Part shown: positions 13,887 to 25,799 of the stretch, in pieces
Layout of the letters: each line of letters begins with the position of its first letter
How positions within the stretch are numbered: the first letter of the stretch is position 1
Assembly (NCBI RefSeq): GCF_009914755.1
Contig: NC_060933.1
Strand: one strand, 5' to 3'
DNA from: the human T2T-CHM13v2.0 reference genome, Homo sapiens
DNA: 64,000 bases
Notes under the pieces: generated by a model
What the model was told of the DNA's origin: nothing
What the model saw: only the letters and a program-made list of their open reading frames with translations
The model's database searches: none
Made by a program: the position numbers and the translations under genes

Positions 13887-14429
13887 AAGAAGTTTTAATG
13901 AAAACTTTCCCTCAGTCATCAAAAAGAAAAAGAAAAAACCTTCCTACATAGATGACTATGATTCCACCATTATCTATATGCTCTTATGGGTTAAACATTT
14001 TCTGTGGAGTAATTATTGACTATCTAGTATCTTGCAATTTAGTGTCTTATCCTCCTATGGAAAAACAAGACTCTAAAGGTTAATGGAAAACAAAAACAAA
14101 AACAAAAACAAAAAAACGTGAATTCTGTCGAGGTACCTTTTCTGTGTGAAGTTTTGTCCCTGACACCCCTATACCACCCTGTACTCTAAGTTAACCTTGG
14201 TTATAAATCAATAGGTACACAGTGCAGATGCCTTGAAATAAGTGTAGATTCCTTGAAATATTCTGGTATTTTTCCACACATATTTAAAAGAACTGCTACT
14301 TTAAAGATTACAGAGTAAGCAATTAAAATCTAAACATTTAACATTTTAAATCAACATCTTCATTCTGAAGAGGTTAATTCCAATTTACTGGGATTGCATA
14401 TGTTGGCTTTCAAGACTTTAAGGGGATGC

Positions 14430-14841
14430 AGGATAGTGTTAGTGGTTTAAACAAATGGGGGGTTTATTTATGTCATATAATGATTCTGTAGATAAATGGT
14501 TGCTCAGTTATATTCTGCACAACATGATTCTAGTTCATAGTCACAAGATGCTACCACAATTCACATTCTTGTTTAAGGAGACAAGAGGGGGAACAGGGAC
14601 ACAGTTGGTCATTTGCTTTTATTGAGAAAATCAGAAGTCTTCCTGGAGTTGTCAGCAGACTTCTTCTTGGTCTCCTTGGCCAGATAGATGTCATGTGGCC
14701 AAATCTACTTTCAAATAATGTTGGGGACGTGATTTTTCTCTCAGTGTTGTATACAATCCTGCCCCTCTCCAAAAACTATACATTAGCTTTGTGTTAGTGA
14801 AAAAGAAAGGGAGAGGTATATTGGGCAAATAATCATGTCAC
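14430..14841 (-). mobile_element. Old MLT1 (MLT1J/K-like) LTR
   Basis: CACAAGATG...CAGCAGACTTC...TTGGCCAGA...GTCATGTGGCC motifs. Confidence 0.6.
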
Positions 14842-15137
14842 AGTTGAGAATTCCAACCAAATCCTCAAAAATTTGGATTATACAACATTGCTTACATCAA
14901 ATTGCCATTTGAGGTAATGGCAAATTCCATTTGGAAAATTTTGGAAATTCCATTTCCAAAAAAGGAATGAGCGTGAAAAAAATCTAGTCCACTTTCATGT
15001 TTCAGGCAAGAAAGCTGAGACCTTGGGAGGTTCACTCTCAAAAGCCAGTTATCTACTCAAAACAAGGAGTCAGTTTTCCTGGCTACCCTGCTTAAATGCC
15101 TCCCCACCTGCCTTAGCATTTTCTTATGATTCTTTTT

Positions 15138-15334
15138 AGATGCACATGACCGTACTTGCAATAAATACATAGAGAGAAATCCATTGCGCCCCTGCCTAAA
15201 TTCCTTTTATAGTACCCAATAATTGAAACTATCACCCTTGCTATGGAAGTGTCAACAAATATTTAGCATGCAGTATTCACTTATCTATGAGAACGAGATG
15301 GTATACCCAACTCAGATAGACACAGATGGCAGAC
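15138..15334 (+). repeat. Local direct duplication, copy A (partner 16515-16710)
   Basis: ~86% identity over ~197 bp by manual alignment. Confidence 0.92.
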
Positions 15335-16009
15335 AATGGCTTTTCCCTATGGCTACCTTCTTTCCTTAAAAAAGACTTGGGTGAGGGGGTGGTGCGTAAG
15401 AGGAAAGTCAGTCTTTATAATTAAACATATTTGGTCATTTGTTTGTTAGCCATGACCTCTTAGGTAGAAGGCCATTTCCCCCTCCTTGCTCAGAATATGC
15501 ACAGAAAGTAATAAATATTAACATAATTTTGGTTTAACATGCCTGTCTCCCTACATTTCCTGTAACTGGAGTTATTAAATCTGCATAATGCCACCAGAAA
15601 AGCAGGGTTGAAAGGCTACCCACGTCCCCAAACAGAAAACCTCCTCAGCAAAACTAATCACAGACTCAAGCATATTTGGAATGGTTAACAGCTCAAAGGG
15701 AAAATTAAGCTCAATAGTACAACTAATCCAAGACAATCAACCTTGATTTTCACAATACAGACGTGTACAAAGGCAACCTAAAAATGAAAGAAGAAAGACT
15801 TTGACCTTGAAAAAGGTTGACACGAGGGGAAATAGGCATGGTTGAATAATATGTTCCACCATATCTTACACTATTTCAGCAAAATGTCCCGAAGCATTTT
15901 GCTTTGAGAGATTTGGCAGGTCATTACTATCTCGATTGGTAATATATTGATACTGGTCCCTGGTATTTTTATTCTTCTATCATTTTATTACTGGACCATT
16001 TGCTGAACT

Positions 16010-16245
16010 CCTTATATCTATGATCTAACCCAAATACCACCTCTTCTAGGAAACCTCCAGGGCTTTACCTGCCTCCGGCATTCAATAACGCTATATGCAC
16101 CTCACAGACAAAACCTAACATATTTTACCATATTTTGTAAATTTTGTCTGTTTTCCTTTTTAAACTGTGAGAATGGGTACTTATATAACCATCTCAGAAC
16201 AAGCCCAAACATAGCAGACCCTCAACGACTTTTCTGAATGAAATA
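16010..16245 (+). mobile_element. L2 3' end
   Basis: CACCTCTTCTAGGAAACCT...AAACTGTGAG...CATAGCAGACCCTCAA...TGAATGAA. Confidence 0.6.
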
Positions 16246-16514
16246 AAATTGAATTGTGAATGGATAACTTTGGAAGTTACCTATGAGGTGTCATTTGAAG
16301 AGTGTCTGGCTAATTCCACTTACTCAAGGTATCTTCAATATTTCTGGCCATGCTAAAACTCTTTTAAAGGTAGTGGCTTGGGCTTTTCTAGGGATTTTAT
16401 TTTAATTTGTCTCTTTCATTTTTTTCAAGACACTTCTATTAAAATTCAGAGTTTCCTGCAGAGAGGAAATCTAACCTTAAATCTTCACCACATTCATTTA
16501 TTTATTCATTCAGC

Positions 16515-16710
16515 AGATGCACATCACTGTACTTGCAATAAATATGTACAGAAATCCAGCATGCCCCTGCCTAAATCCCTTTTTTTAGAACCCAATAATT
16601 GGAACTATGACCCTTGCTATGGAAATGTCAACAAGTATTTAGCATGCAGTATTCATTTACCTATGAGAATGAGATGGTATAACCATCTCAGGTACACGCA
16701 GATAGCAGAC
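16515..16710 (+). repeat. Local direct duplication, copy B (partner 15138-15334)
   Basis: ~86% identity by manual alignment. Confidence 0.92.
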
Positions 16711-16889
16711 CTTAAGAACAGCATGAGTTCCAAAGAAGACATTGACATGCAGATCCCCATTACACTGAGTCAGCCTCTATTCTCTGGAATTAGAAAAAAA
16801 ACAACTCAAAGATTCTTTTACACAAAGGCTTTTTTATGCCACAATATCACATCTGTGCCCCCAGGTAATCATTTAGAATTCTCATTGTC

Positions 16890-16929
16890 AAAAAACAAAC
16901 AAACAAACAAACAAACAAACAAACAAAAA
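16890..16929. repeat. (AAAC)n microsatellite
   Basis: Direct reading. Confidence 0.9.
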
Positions 16930-18319
16930 CCTCTCAACTAAACTTTGACAAGAGTGCCAAAATTACACAATAGGGAAAGGATAGTTTCTCCAATAAATGG
17001 TGTTGGGAAAATTGGATATGCACATACAGAAGAATAAAACTGTACCTTTATCTTACACCATACAAAAAATTAGCCCAAAATGGACTAAAGAATTAAATGT
17101 AAGACTTAAAACAATAAAACTTTTAGTAGAAAACATAGGGGAAAAACTTCTTGGCATTGGTCTTGGCAATGAATTTTTGGATATGACCCCAAAAGGACAA
17201 GGCAACAAAAGCAAAAATAGACAAATAGGATTGCAGCAAACTAAAAAGCTTCTGCCCATCTGCCCATCAAAGGAAATCATCAACAAAATGAAAAGGAAAG
17301 CTATTAGTAGAAAATATTTGCAAACCATACAACTGATAAGGGGTTAATTTCCAAAATATGTGTGGAACACAAGCAACTAAATATGAAGGAAAAAAAAACA
17401 ATTAAAAAATGGGTACATGACTTGAATAGACATTTTTCAAAAGACATGCAAATGTTTAACAGCTATGTGAAAGATGCTCAACATCACTAACCATCAGTGA
17501 AATGCAAACTAAAACCACAATAAGATATGACCTCTCACCTAATAGGATGGCTACTATCAAAAAGACAAGAGATAACAAGTGTTGACAAGGATGTGGAGAA
17601 GAGGAAGCCCTTGTACACTGTTGGTAGGAATGTAAATTAGAAAAGTCATTGCAGAAAATAGTATGAAGATTCCTTAGAAAACTTAAAAATAGAACTACCA
17701 TATGATCCAGCAATATCATTTCTGGATACATATCCAGAGGAAATGGGATCAGTAGCTCAAATAGATATCTACGCCCCGTTTGTTGCAGCATTATTCACAA
17801 CAGCTAAGATACAGAAAAAAATCTAGGTATCCATCAATGGATGAATGAATAAAGAAAATGTGATTTTATATATACATATATATATGGAAGACATTATATT
17901 AAGTAAAGTAAGCCAGACAAAGACAGACTGCTACTATATGACCTCACTTACATGTAGAATCTAAAAAAGTTAAACTCATAGAAGCAGAGAGTGGAATGGT
18001 TGTTGCCAGGGGCTGAAGGGTGAAGGAAATAAGGACATGTTGGTCAAAGGGTACAAAGTTCCAGCCAAAGAGGATGAACATGTTCTTGGGATCTCATGTA
18101 CCGCATGGTGACTATTGTTAATAATAAGGTACTGTATATTTGAAAATTGCCAAGAGAGTAGATCTTAAATGTTTTCACCACAAGAATATGGTATGCTAGG
18201 TGACCGATATGTTAATTAGTTTGAGTAACCTTTTCACTATATATGCACTTACCAAAATATCACATTGTATACCTTAAATTTATACAATCTTATTTTTCAG
18301 TTTAATAAAGCTGGGAAAG
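16930..18319 (+). mobile_element. L1MA/L1MB: ORF2 C-terminal remnant plus 3' UTR
   Basis: ORF 16997-17347 contains KWTKELNVRLKTIKLLVENIGEKLLGIGLGNEFLDMTPK, typical of L1 ORF2; ends AATAAAGCTGG. Confidence 0.92.
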
Positions 18320-18324
18320 ATATA

Positions 18325-18850
18325 AGCTCTCAAGCTACCAAAAGACATGGGGAAACCTTAAATGAATATTGTTAAGTGAAAAACGCCAATATGAAAAGGC
18401 TACATGCTGCATGATTCCAATTATATTACATTCCGAAAAAGACAAAACTATGAAGACAGTAAAAAGTTTAGAGGATGCCAGGAGTTTAGAGGGAGGAGAG
18501 GAATGAATAAATGGAACAGAGAAGATTTTTAGAGAAGTGAAACTATTTTTTATGATATGGTAATAGTGGATAGATGTCATGACACATTTTTAAAAAACCC
18601 CAGAATGTACAACCCAGAGGATGAACCCAAGGTAACCTATGGATTATAATTAATAATAATGGATCAATATTGGCTTATCAGTATATTAATGAAAATGTAC
18701 TACACTATTACAAGTTGTTAATAATAGGCGAGCCTGTAAGCATGTGAAAGGGGAGTCGGAGAGGAGATATATGGGAATTATTTGTATTTTCCACTTAATT
18801 TTTCTATAAACCTGAAACTGCTCTAAAATATAGTCTATTAATTTTTTAAA
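18325..18850 (+). mobile_element. L1MC1/2-like 3' end
   Basis: CAAGCTACCAAAAGACATGGGGAAACCTTAAATG...AAACTGCTCTAAAA. Confidence 0.8.
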
Positions 18851-19061
18851 TATGACACTGAGTTAAAAAAGGAAATAGATTGTGACATACCAGACAATAT
18901 TATTTACATAAATTTAAAATGTTTGCAGAAAACAATAAATTTCTTTAAAAAGCATTCACAAAAGAAATGATATGTGTTAAACTGATGAGAATCATTGCCT
19001 AATGAGGAGGGGAATGGAAAAGATGTGGACTATGGGTAAGAAGAGAGAAAAGAAAAAATCC

Positions 19062-19373
19062 GGCCGGGTGCGGTGGCATACGTCTGTAATCCCAGCACTT
19101 TGGGAGGCTGAGGTGAGTGGATCACGAGGTCAGGAGTTCAAGACCGGCCTGGCCAAGATGGTGAAACCCTGTCTCTACTAAATAAATAAATAAATAGCCA
19201 GCCGTGGTGGTGGGCGCCTGTAATCCCTGCTACTTGGGAGGCTGAGGCAGAGAATTGCTTGAACCCGGGAGGCGGAGGTTGCAGTCAGCTGAGATCACGC
19301 CACTGCACTCCAGCCTGGGTGACAGGGTGAGACTTCATCTCAAAAAACGAAAGAAAAAGAAAAAAAAAAAAAG
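19062..19373 (+). mobile_element. AluS (Sx3/Sg-like)
   Basis: Full Alu; TSD AGAAAAAATCC (19051-19061 / 19374-19384). Confidence 0.93.
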
Positions 19374-19859
19374 AGAAAAAATCCAAGAAGACTTCAGGCA
19401 CAAGTCATGAGAGTGCACCATGAACTGAGGCATGTGATGGAGCCGCCCTCTGCCCATGATGGGGAATCAAACACATGTATATGGAGGAATTGAAGGAAAT
19501 GCAGGGAAGGGACAAGATGAAGCCTGGCTGTGTGCATTGGGGGCTTCTATTGGCTTAAATGGCTGAAGTTTTGGAGTATAAGAATAGGCTACCAGAGAAG
19601 TTTGTGTATCAAAGAATGCTCTTTCCTGATAATTTTCTTCCTGTATCAGGAAGGCTAAGAGAGGAGTGATAGAGAGTTTAAAACAGTAAAAAGCCTGTGA
19701 AGCAAGTTACAGTTCATCTTTATGGGGTGATTAGTTTTAATAAATGAATTTTTGAAAACTGGATACTGTGAAACCAACAATTTTACAAGCTTCTGACAGC
19801 CAAGGAAGAAAGTTCCTGGGTGATGGTACAAGCCATTTGTGTGTTCTCCAAGACCAAAC

Positions 19860-20840
19860 CTGTAGAGTTTTTCAAAAAATTAAAAATAGAACTACTGTGT
19901 GATCGAGCAATCCCACTTCTGGGTATTTATCCAAAAGAATTGCAATCAATCTTGAACAGATATTAGCACTCCTATGTTAATTGCAGTGCTATTTACAATA
20001 CCCAAGATATGGAAACAGCCTAAATGTTCATCTGATGAATGGATAAAGAAGATGTGGTATATATGTGCAATGGACTGTCATTCAGCCTCAAAAAGAAAGG
20101 AAACTCTGCAATATGCAACAACATGGTTGAAGCTGAAGGGCCTTAGTCTAAGTGAAATAAGCCATCCACAGAAGGACAAATACCACATAATTTCATTTAC
20201 ATGAGGCATCTAAAACAGTCAAACTCATACATCTTAGTCTTTGCGTACTTCTATAATAGAATACCACACATATGGTAATTTATAAAGAATAGATATTTAC
20301 TTCTCAAAGTTCTAGAGGCTGGAAGTCCATCATTAAGATGCAGGCATCTGGTGAGGGCTGCTCTCTGCTTCCCCAAGATGGCACCTTGAACACTGGGTCC
20401 TCTGGAGAGGGAAATGTATGTCTTCACATGGCAAAAGGTAGAAAGCGAAAAAGGGGCAAACTCCCTCTGTCAAGCCCTTTTATAAAGGCATTAATCCATT
20501 CTTGAGGGCTGCCCTCAAGAATTACCTAAACACCCCCGAGAAGATCCCATCTCCCAATACTGTTGCAGTGGGAATTAAGTTTCCAGAACATGAATTTGGG
20601 GAAACATATTCAGATCACAGCATCATAGAAACAAGGAACAGAATGATAATGGCAAGGAACTGGGGTAGAGGGAAATGTAGAGTGGCTAATCAAAGTGTAT
20701 GCACAATGAAAAATTCTAGAGATCTGATGTACAGCATTGTGTCCATGGATAACAATTCAGTACTGCGCATTTAAAAATATGTTAAGAGGGTAGATCTCAC
20801 ATTATGGCAAGTGTTCTTATCATAATTAAGAAAAAAAAAA
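19860..20840 (+). mobile_element. L1MA 3' region interrupted by an MST LTR
   Basis: AAAATAGAACTACTGTGTGATC...; ORF 19974 MLIAVLFTIPKIWKQPKC is an L1 ORF2 C-terminus; sequence resumes after 20627. Confidence 0.85.
20230..20622 (-). mobile_element. MSTD-like MaLR solo LTR
   Basis: TSD TCATA (20225-20229 / 20623-20627); MaLR motifs. Confidence 0.85.
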
Positions 20841-21839
20841 GACTCCCATGCAGTAGTACAGGGAGCACAAGGTCTTAAGCTATCACTTATTGGTAGGCAT
20901 ATGTGGGCTCATCACTGTTGGTAAGCATGATTTTCCAAGCAAATATTTATAAATATTGATTCTGACCCTGATGTTAGATGTTTAAGGGGGGACATAATAA
21001 ACATTTAAATTAAGTCTCACTAGGGGGCATAAGGATATCTCCATACTTCTGTTAATTGGAAAGGAAAAGTTGATCCATAATCCAACTACATTTTTGCTAT
21101 TTTAGTCATCCCACATGCTCTTCCTTCCCAAGTTTTTTGGTTTAGCATTTTGGCTTAAATGGTGATTGAGGATGGGGAGAGGAAAAAATAGAGTAGGGCA
21201 CTGGTTCCCAAAATAAGGAGGCTTCCTTCATGGAGATGGTGTTTCGTGGGCAGTGGGAACTGACCCAAAGGCATTGTGAAACTTTCTAAATTTCCACTGC
21301 CATTTAGATGACATTTCCATGACACTTCAATGGCACAGCCCAGATCTTGGCAGTGACCAAGGCTTGGCTGTGAACTAAGGCTTTCTATGGCTTTTGTACC
21401 CCCATACTGGCTCCATAGTAAACCAATCCACCCATGAGAAAAGCACATAAAAAGGAAGCAAAATCTTCTGGCTTCATAATGAGCTGCATGTAACCAGCTT
21501 CAGAGGCAGAAGAAAGGAGGGAGCAAAATGGCCCCTTTCCCCACTGAGCTATGACCATTCCAGGATATTGAGTTAATTTCCACCATCCTTTCTCCTTCTC
21601 AGGAAATCTGTAAGCTAGAGACAGGAGTATATGCTCCATCTGTCTCTTGTCTTAGAAGATCTGCTTATATACCTGAGATTAGGTGCACAGATTCCAAGGA
21701 TGAAGAGATGCCATGTGCTAGGATATACAATGTCTGTACTGACTATACTGAATAGTTGAAAGACTATAGGACTTTGATTAAGAAACTTGATTTGAAATCC
21801 CTCAACAGAGAAGCACAACCATGTCTCAAGGATTTTTTT

Positions 21840-22215
21840 TTATTTGCTGATTCTTCCTCCTAAAATGCTATTCCGAGGCTACCTCTGTCACTTCATTTAG
21901 GTTCATTCAAATGCCACCTTATTGGAAAGGACATCCCTGACCACTTAATATGAACTAGCATCTTTCACCATTCCCCATCTCCAGTCTTCCCCTAATGAAA
22001 ATGTGAGTTCCACGAAAGCAGATATCCCAGAGCTGGGAAGACTGCATGGGAAATAGTAGGCACTTATTACACTTGTTTAATAATAAACATGCTTCCCCTA
22101 TGATATGCTTCAGCCCTAAGTTGTGGGCAAGTCATCCATCTCCTGTTTCATTACTAGTGGAATATACATTAAAATATGCATTCTGCCTACCTCCTAGAAT
22201 CTTTATGAAGTGAAC
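21840..22215 (+). mobile_element. L2 3' fragment followed by a MIR fragment
   Basis: AAATGCCACCTT...CCCTGACCAC...AATGTGAGTTCCACGAAAGCAG...TAGTAGGCACT; GGGCAAGTCA. Confidence 0.55.
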
Positions 22216-22863
22216 TATAAATTGAGAAGTCAACCATCTATGTGTCTGGTGTTCTTTAGCTGATATTTCTCAGAGAGGGATCAATCCTAGCATAATAATG
22301 TTTGAGATGCATAACGTTAACCAGGTAAGACAGGAACTGTGTTTATCACAATCCAGAGTTGGTCTAATATGGATGTTCTCAGAGGAGAAGCAGTGATCTA
22401 TGAATTCTAGGATGCACTGAGTGCTACAAATGAGGACTGGCAGAGTCCTGGTCTGAGAGTTATGAGGCCTCTGTTCCCCCAGTTCCTCCACATCCTCAGT
22501 GGTTTACCCGCTGCCAGCTGCACTCTCCATACATGTGAAATGAAGGACCTACACCAGATCCCTTCTCATTCAAATATTCTGAGACTCAGATTCACATGCA
22601 CAAATTGGAAACACAGTGCATGGAGTGCCCATGCCATACATTTAGGAACAGAGATAAGAAGGCAAATAAATAAATAAATAAATAAATAATAAGGGTTTTT
22701 TTGGGGGGTGTCTGTGCCTTGTGGTATTTTTGTTATTATTTATTTATTTTTGTTGTCATTCTCCCTTGTCTCATCTGCACATACGTTGATTCTGGGCAGT
22801 TCAACAAGGAATGTAGTTACATTCATAAGCTTCTGGAGATTGCATTCTTCTCTTTGCTCTCAG

Positions 22864-23218
22864 TGTATTAGCCCATTGTCACCATGCTGATAAAGACATA
22901 CCCAAGACTGGGTAATTTATACAGGAAAAGGGGTTTAATGGACTTACAGTTCCACATGGCTGGGGAGGCCTCACAATCATAGCAGAAAGCAAGGAGGAGC
23001 AAGTGACGTCTTACATGGATGGCAGCAGGAAAAGAAAGGGCTTGTTCAGGGAAACTCCCACTTGTAGAAGCATCAGATCTCATGAGATTTATTCACTATC
23101 ATGAGAACAGCAAGGGAAAGACCTGCCCCCATGATTCAATTACCTCTCACCAGGTCCCTCCCACAACATGTGGAAATTCAAGATGAGATTTGGGTGGGAA
23201 TACAGCCTAACCATATCA
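22864..23218 (-). mobile_element. THE1B-like solo LTR
   Basis: TGTATTAG...GATAAAGACATACCCAAGACTGGG...AACCATATCA; perfect TSD CTCAG. Confidence 0.92.
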
Positions 23219-23535
23219 CTCAGGAATACTAGTGAAATACCAGTTCACCAATAGGAGACTCAAAGGAAGTAACAACTTAGTTGGAATAATGTTTCTTGAG
23301 AACAGTCTCTTTTTCCTGGCCCCCATAGGTTTGGATGGGAGAAAGTCACAGTCAGAGAGAAGGAAATGAGCTTTCAGGGCTTCCTCTCTGAAGACATGAA
23401 GAGATAGGTGGTGCTGGGCTACAAATGAAATTGAGCCTTAATTAATTGCACAGCTCCTGGTAGTCCATTTTTCTCTTGCAAGTCTAAAATCATTTCTTAT
23501 ATCCCAAAATTTACTTCAAACCTCAAAAAGATTCT

Positions 23536-23974
23536 GGAGGTCATTATGTTAAGGGAAATAAGCCAAGAATAGGAAGACAAATATTACATGTTCTCCTCAT
23601 ATGTGGGAGCTAAAAAAGTAGATCTCAGGAAGGTAGAGAGTAGATTAGTAGTTACCAGAGGCTGGGAAAAGGAGAGGCGAGGGAGGGATAAAGACAGGCT
23701 GATTAATGGGTACAAATATACAGTTTGATAGAAGAAATAAGACCAAGTGTTAGATCAGTAGGGTGACAATAGTTTACAAAAATCTATTGCATATTTCACA
23801 GTAGCTAGAAGAGAATAATTTGCATGATTTTAGCATAAGGAAAAGACAAATATTTAAGGTGATGGATATCTCAATTATACTGATTTGATCTTTACAAATT
23901 ATATTATATTAAATTATCACATACAACCCAAAATATGTACATCTGTTATGTATAAAAAAGTTAATTAAATTTTT
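23536..23974 (+). mobile_element. L1MA (L1MA5/6-like) 3' end
   Basis: GGAGGTCATTATGTTAAG...GCTAGAAGAGAAT; TSD AAAA(A/G)GATTCT. Confidence 0.85.
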
Positions 23975-24561
23975 AAAAGGATTCTAAACTCTCTCATTCT
24001 TATTTTTCTTTTCTTGGGTCCAGTTTTGTTGTTCAGTTCATGAGATATTTGTTATTAGCTATACTTGGTTATATATAGATTACAGTAGGACTCAGCAACT
24101 ATCATGTACATAGAAAAGAATTTATTTACTTCCTATTTCATGTAAATTACCTGTGTATATTGTGTTAAGATCAACCCACTTGGGTATGATATGGCTCAAA
24201 ACTCCATTAAAGAAGAGGCAGCAAATGAATTTCCCTAAATAGCACCCTGATGTGGAAATGGGTGAGCCCCCGCTCTCACTCTTGACCTCTCACCTGTTGG
24301 GTGCATCCCCCCATCACCAGCTGTGCAGCATCACCAGAGTGTGGTAGTTGCAAAAGGGACTGTCACTCAGAGAGTGGGCTTTTACGCTTTGTAAAGATAG
24401 CCTCATCTTATCCAGATTAAAAGGATAACCAATATTATCTTCTCACCAGGAAGGAAGGCATTTGTAAAAAGGTCTACGGTTATGCTGTTGTTTCACTGCT
24501 TCAGGAGAAAATTATGGAAGCAGTCACAAAAAATTTTGACATTTCCTTGTTTGTAAACTCA

Positions 24562-24563
<2 letters not shown>

Positions 24564-24607
<44 letters not shown>
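24564..24607. repeat. (GT)~22 microsatellite
   Basis: Perfect run; Z-DNA prone and likely length-polymorphic. Confidence 0.97.
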
Positions 24608-24610
<3 letters not shown>

Positions 24611-24690
24611 AATCATGCAGAATAAGACACAATGTTTGTAAGGAGTAGTGGGATACTTGTTCAAATTCTTCCTCTCCAGATAGACTAATC

Positions 24691-24826
24691 TAGTATTTCT
24701 CATCCTGAGTGTAACATAGAACTACCAAATTTAGAAGCTCTGGGGTAGGCCCTAAACATCAGTATTAAAAACAAACAAAAATGTGTTTGTGATTTTAATG
24801 TGCATTCATTGCTTAGATCCACTGAT
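24691..24826. mobile_element. MER5A fragment
   Basis: TAGTATTTCTCA...AGAAGCTCTGGGGTAGGCCC...GTGATTTTAATGTGCA...ATCCACTG. Confidence 0.55.
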
Positions 24827-24929
24827 CTGAAGTGCAAATAATTGGGTAAAGAAATGTGGTAGCAATTCTGAGGAAGGAAATCATTACGTATCCTCAAAGA
24901 ATATTAAAACTGAATACAGAAGAAAGCTT

Positions 24930-25455
24930 ATATTTCCTTGTCTATAAAATAGAGGATAATAATAATATTTACCTCTCAGGGTTGTATGAAAGTAAATAAA
25001 AGAGCATTTCATGTGCAAGAACCTATCACAATATCCCAAACATGGTAAGCACCTGATAAAGAGTGGATACAGCTATACAATTTTGTTATAATTTTGTATC
25101 TATATATTTACATATAAAATAGTTATATAATAACTTATATAATAGTTATTAATTATTGCCTTGTTAGTAAGCCTAATAATAATGGTACAGTGACTAGTAC
25201 TACTATCTTAAATATATTTAATGCTTTATTGATTGCCAAGGACTTTCTCATGCACCTTTTCACTTGATTCCAACAACAATATGTGAGGAATGCAGAACAA
25301 GTATTCTTCCTTTTTTTTTTTCTTTTCAATGAGGAAGCAAACTCAAATGAAGGTGCTTCTCCATGACTGCACAGCTGACAAATGACAGAAATGGGCTGGA
25401 ACCCAGAAGCCCTGCTCCCTAACCCTAATCTCACTCTTAGACCCGTACCGCCTCC
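24930..25455. mobile_element. Two MIRs in opposite orientation (+ ~24930-25090, - ~25200-25455)
   Basis: CTATAAAATAGAGGATAATA...CTCAGGGTTG on +; AATGAGGAAGCAAACTCA...GGCTGGAACCCAG on -. Confidence 0.65.
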
Positions 25456-25799
25456 TACTGGCTTTGTAAGAGCTGGATTCAGAGTGTGGCCTTAAAGTAA
25501 TTAAGCTCCTTCCATCAGCCACCTGTGAACATGTGTGGCATTATTTTACTGTCACCCTTCAAATCCACATAAATGCTGAAGTCCCTACAATTCCACAGTT
25601 CCTTAGTTCAAGCTCTTTCTGTTCTGTTTAGGAAGCATCTCTTCCCTTCGAACAGATGGCAGACAATTTGCTCAGGTTTAAACACTGACTCAGACTTAGT
25701 GATAAAACCGGCAGCTGCGTTCCTGATTCTCAAATCCAAATCCCACTTGCTTGGTCAACTTAATGTAAACTAGCAAAGGACATGCACTCTGAACCAAGC

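Noticed and set aside
16378-16941. 187-aa ORF
   Set aside because: TTG start, no recognisable domain, spans a duplicated segment and an (AAAC)n repeat; no exon evidence
16997-17347. Intact L1 ORF2
   Set aside because: Short frameshifted remnant of an old L1M
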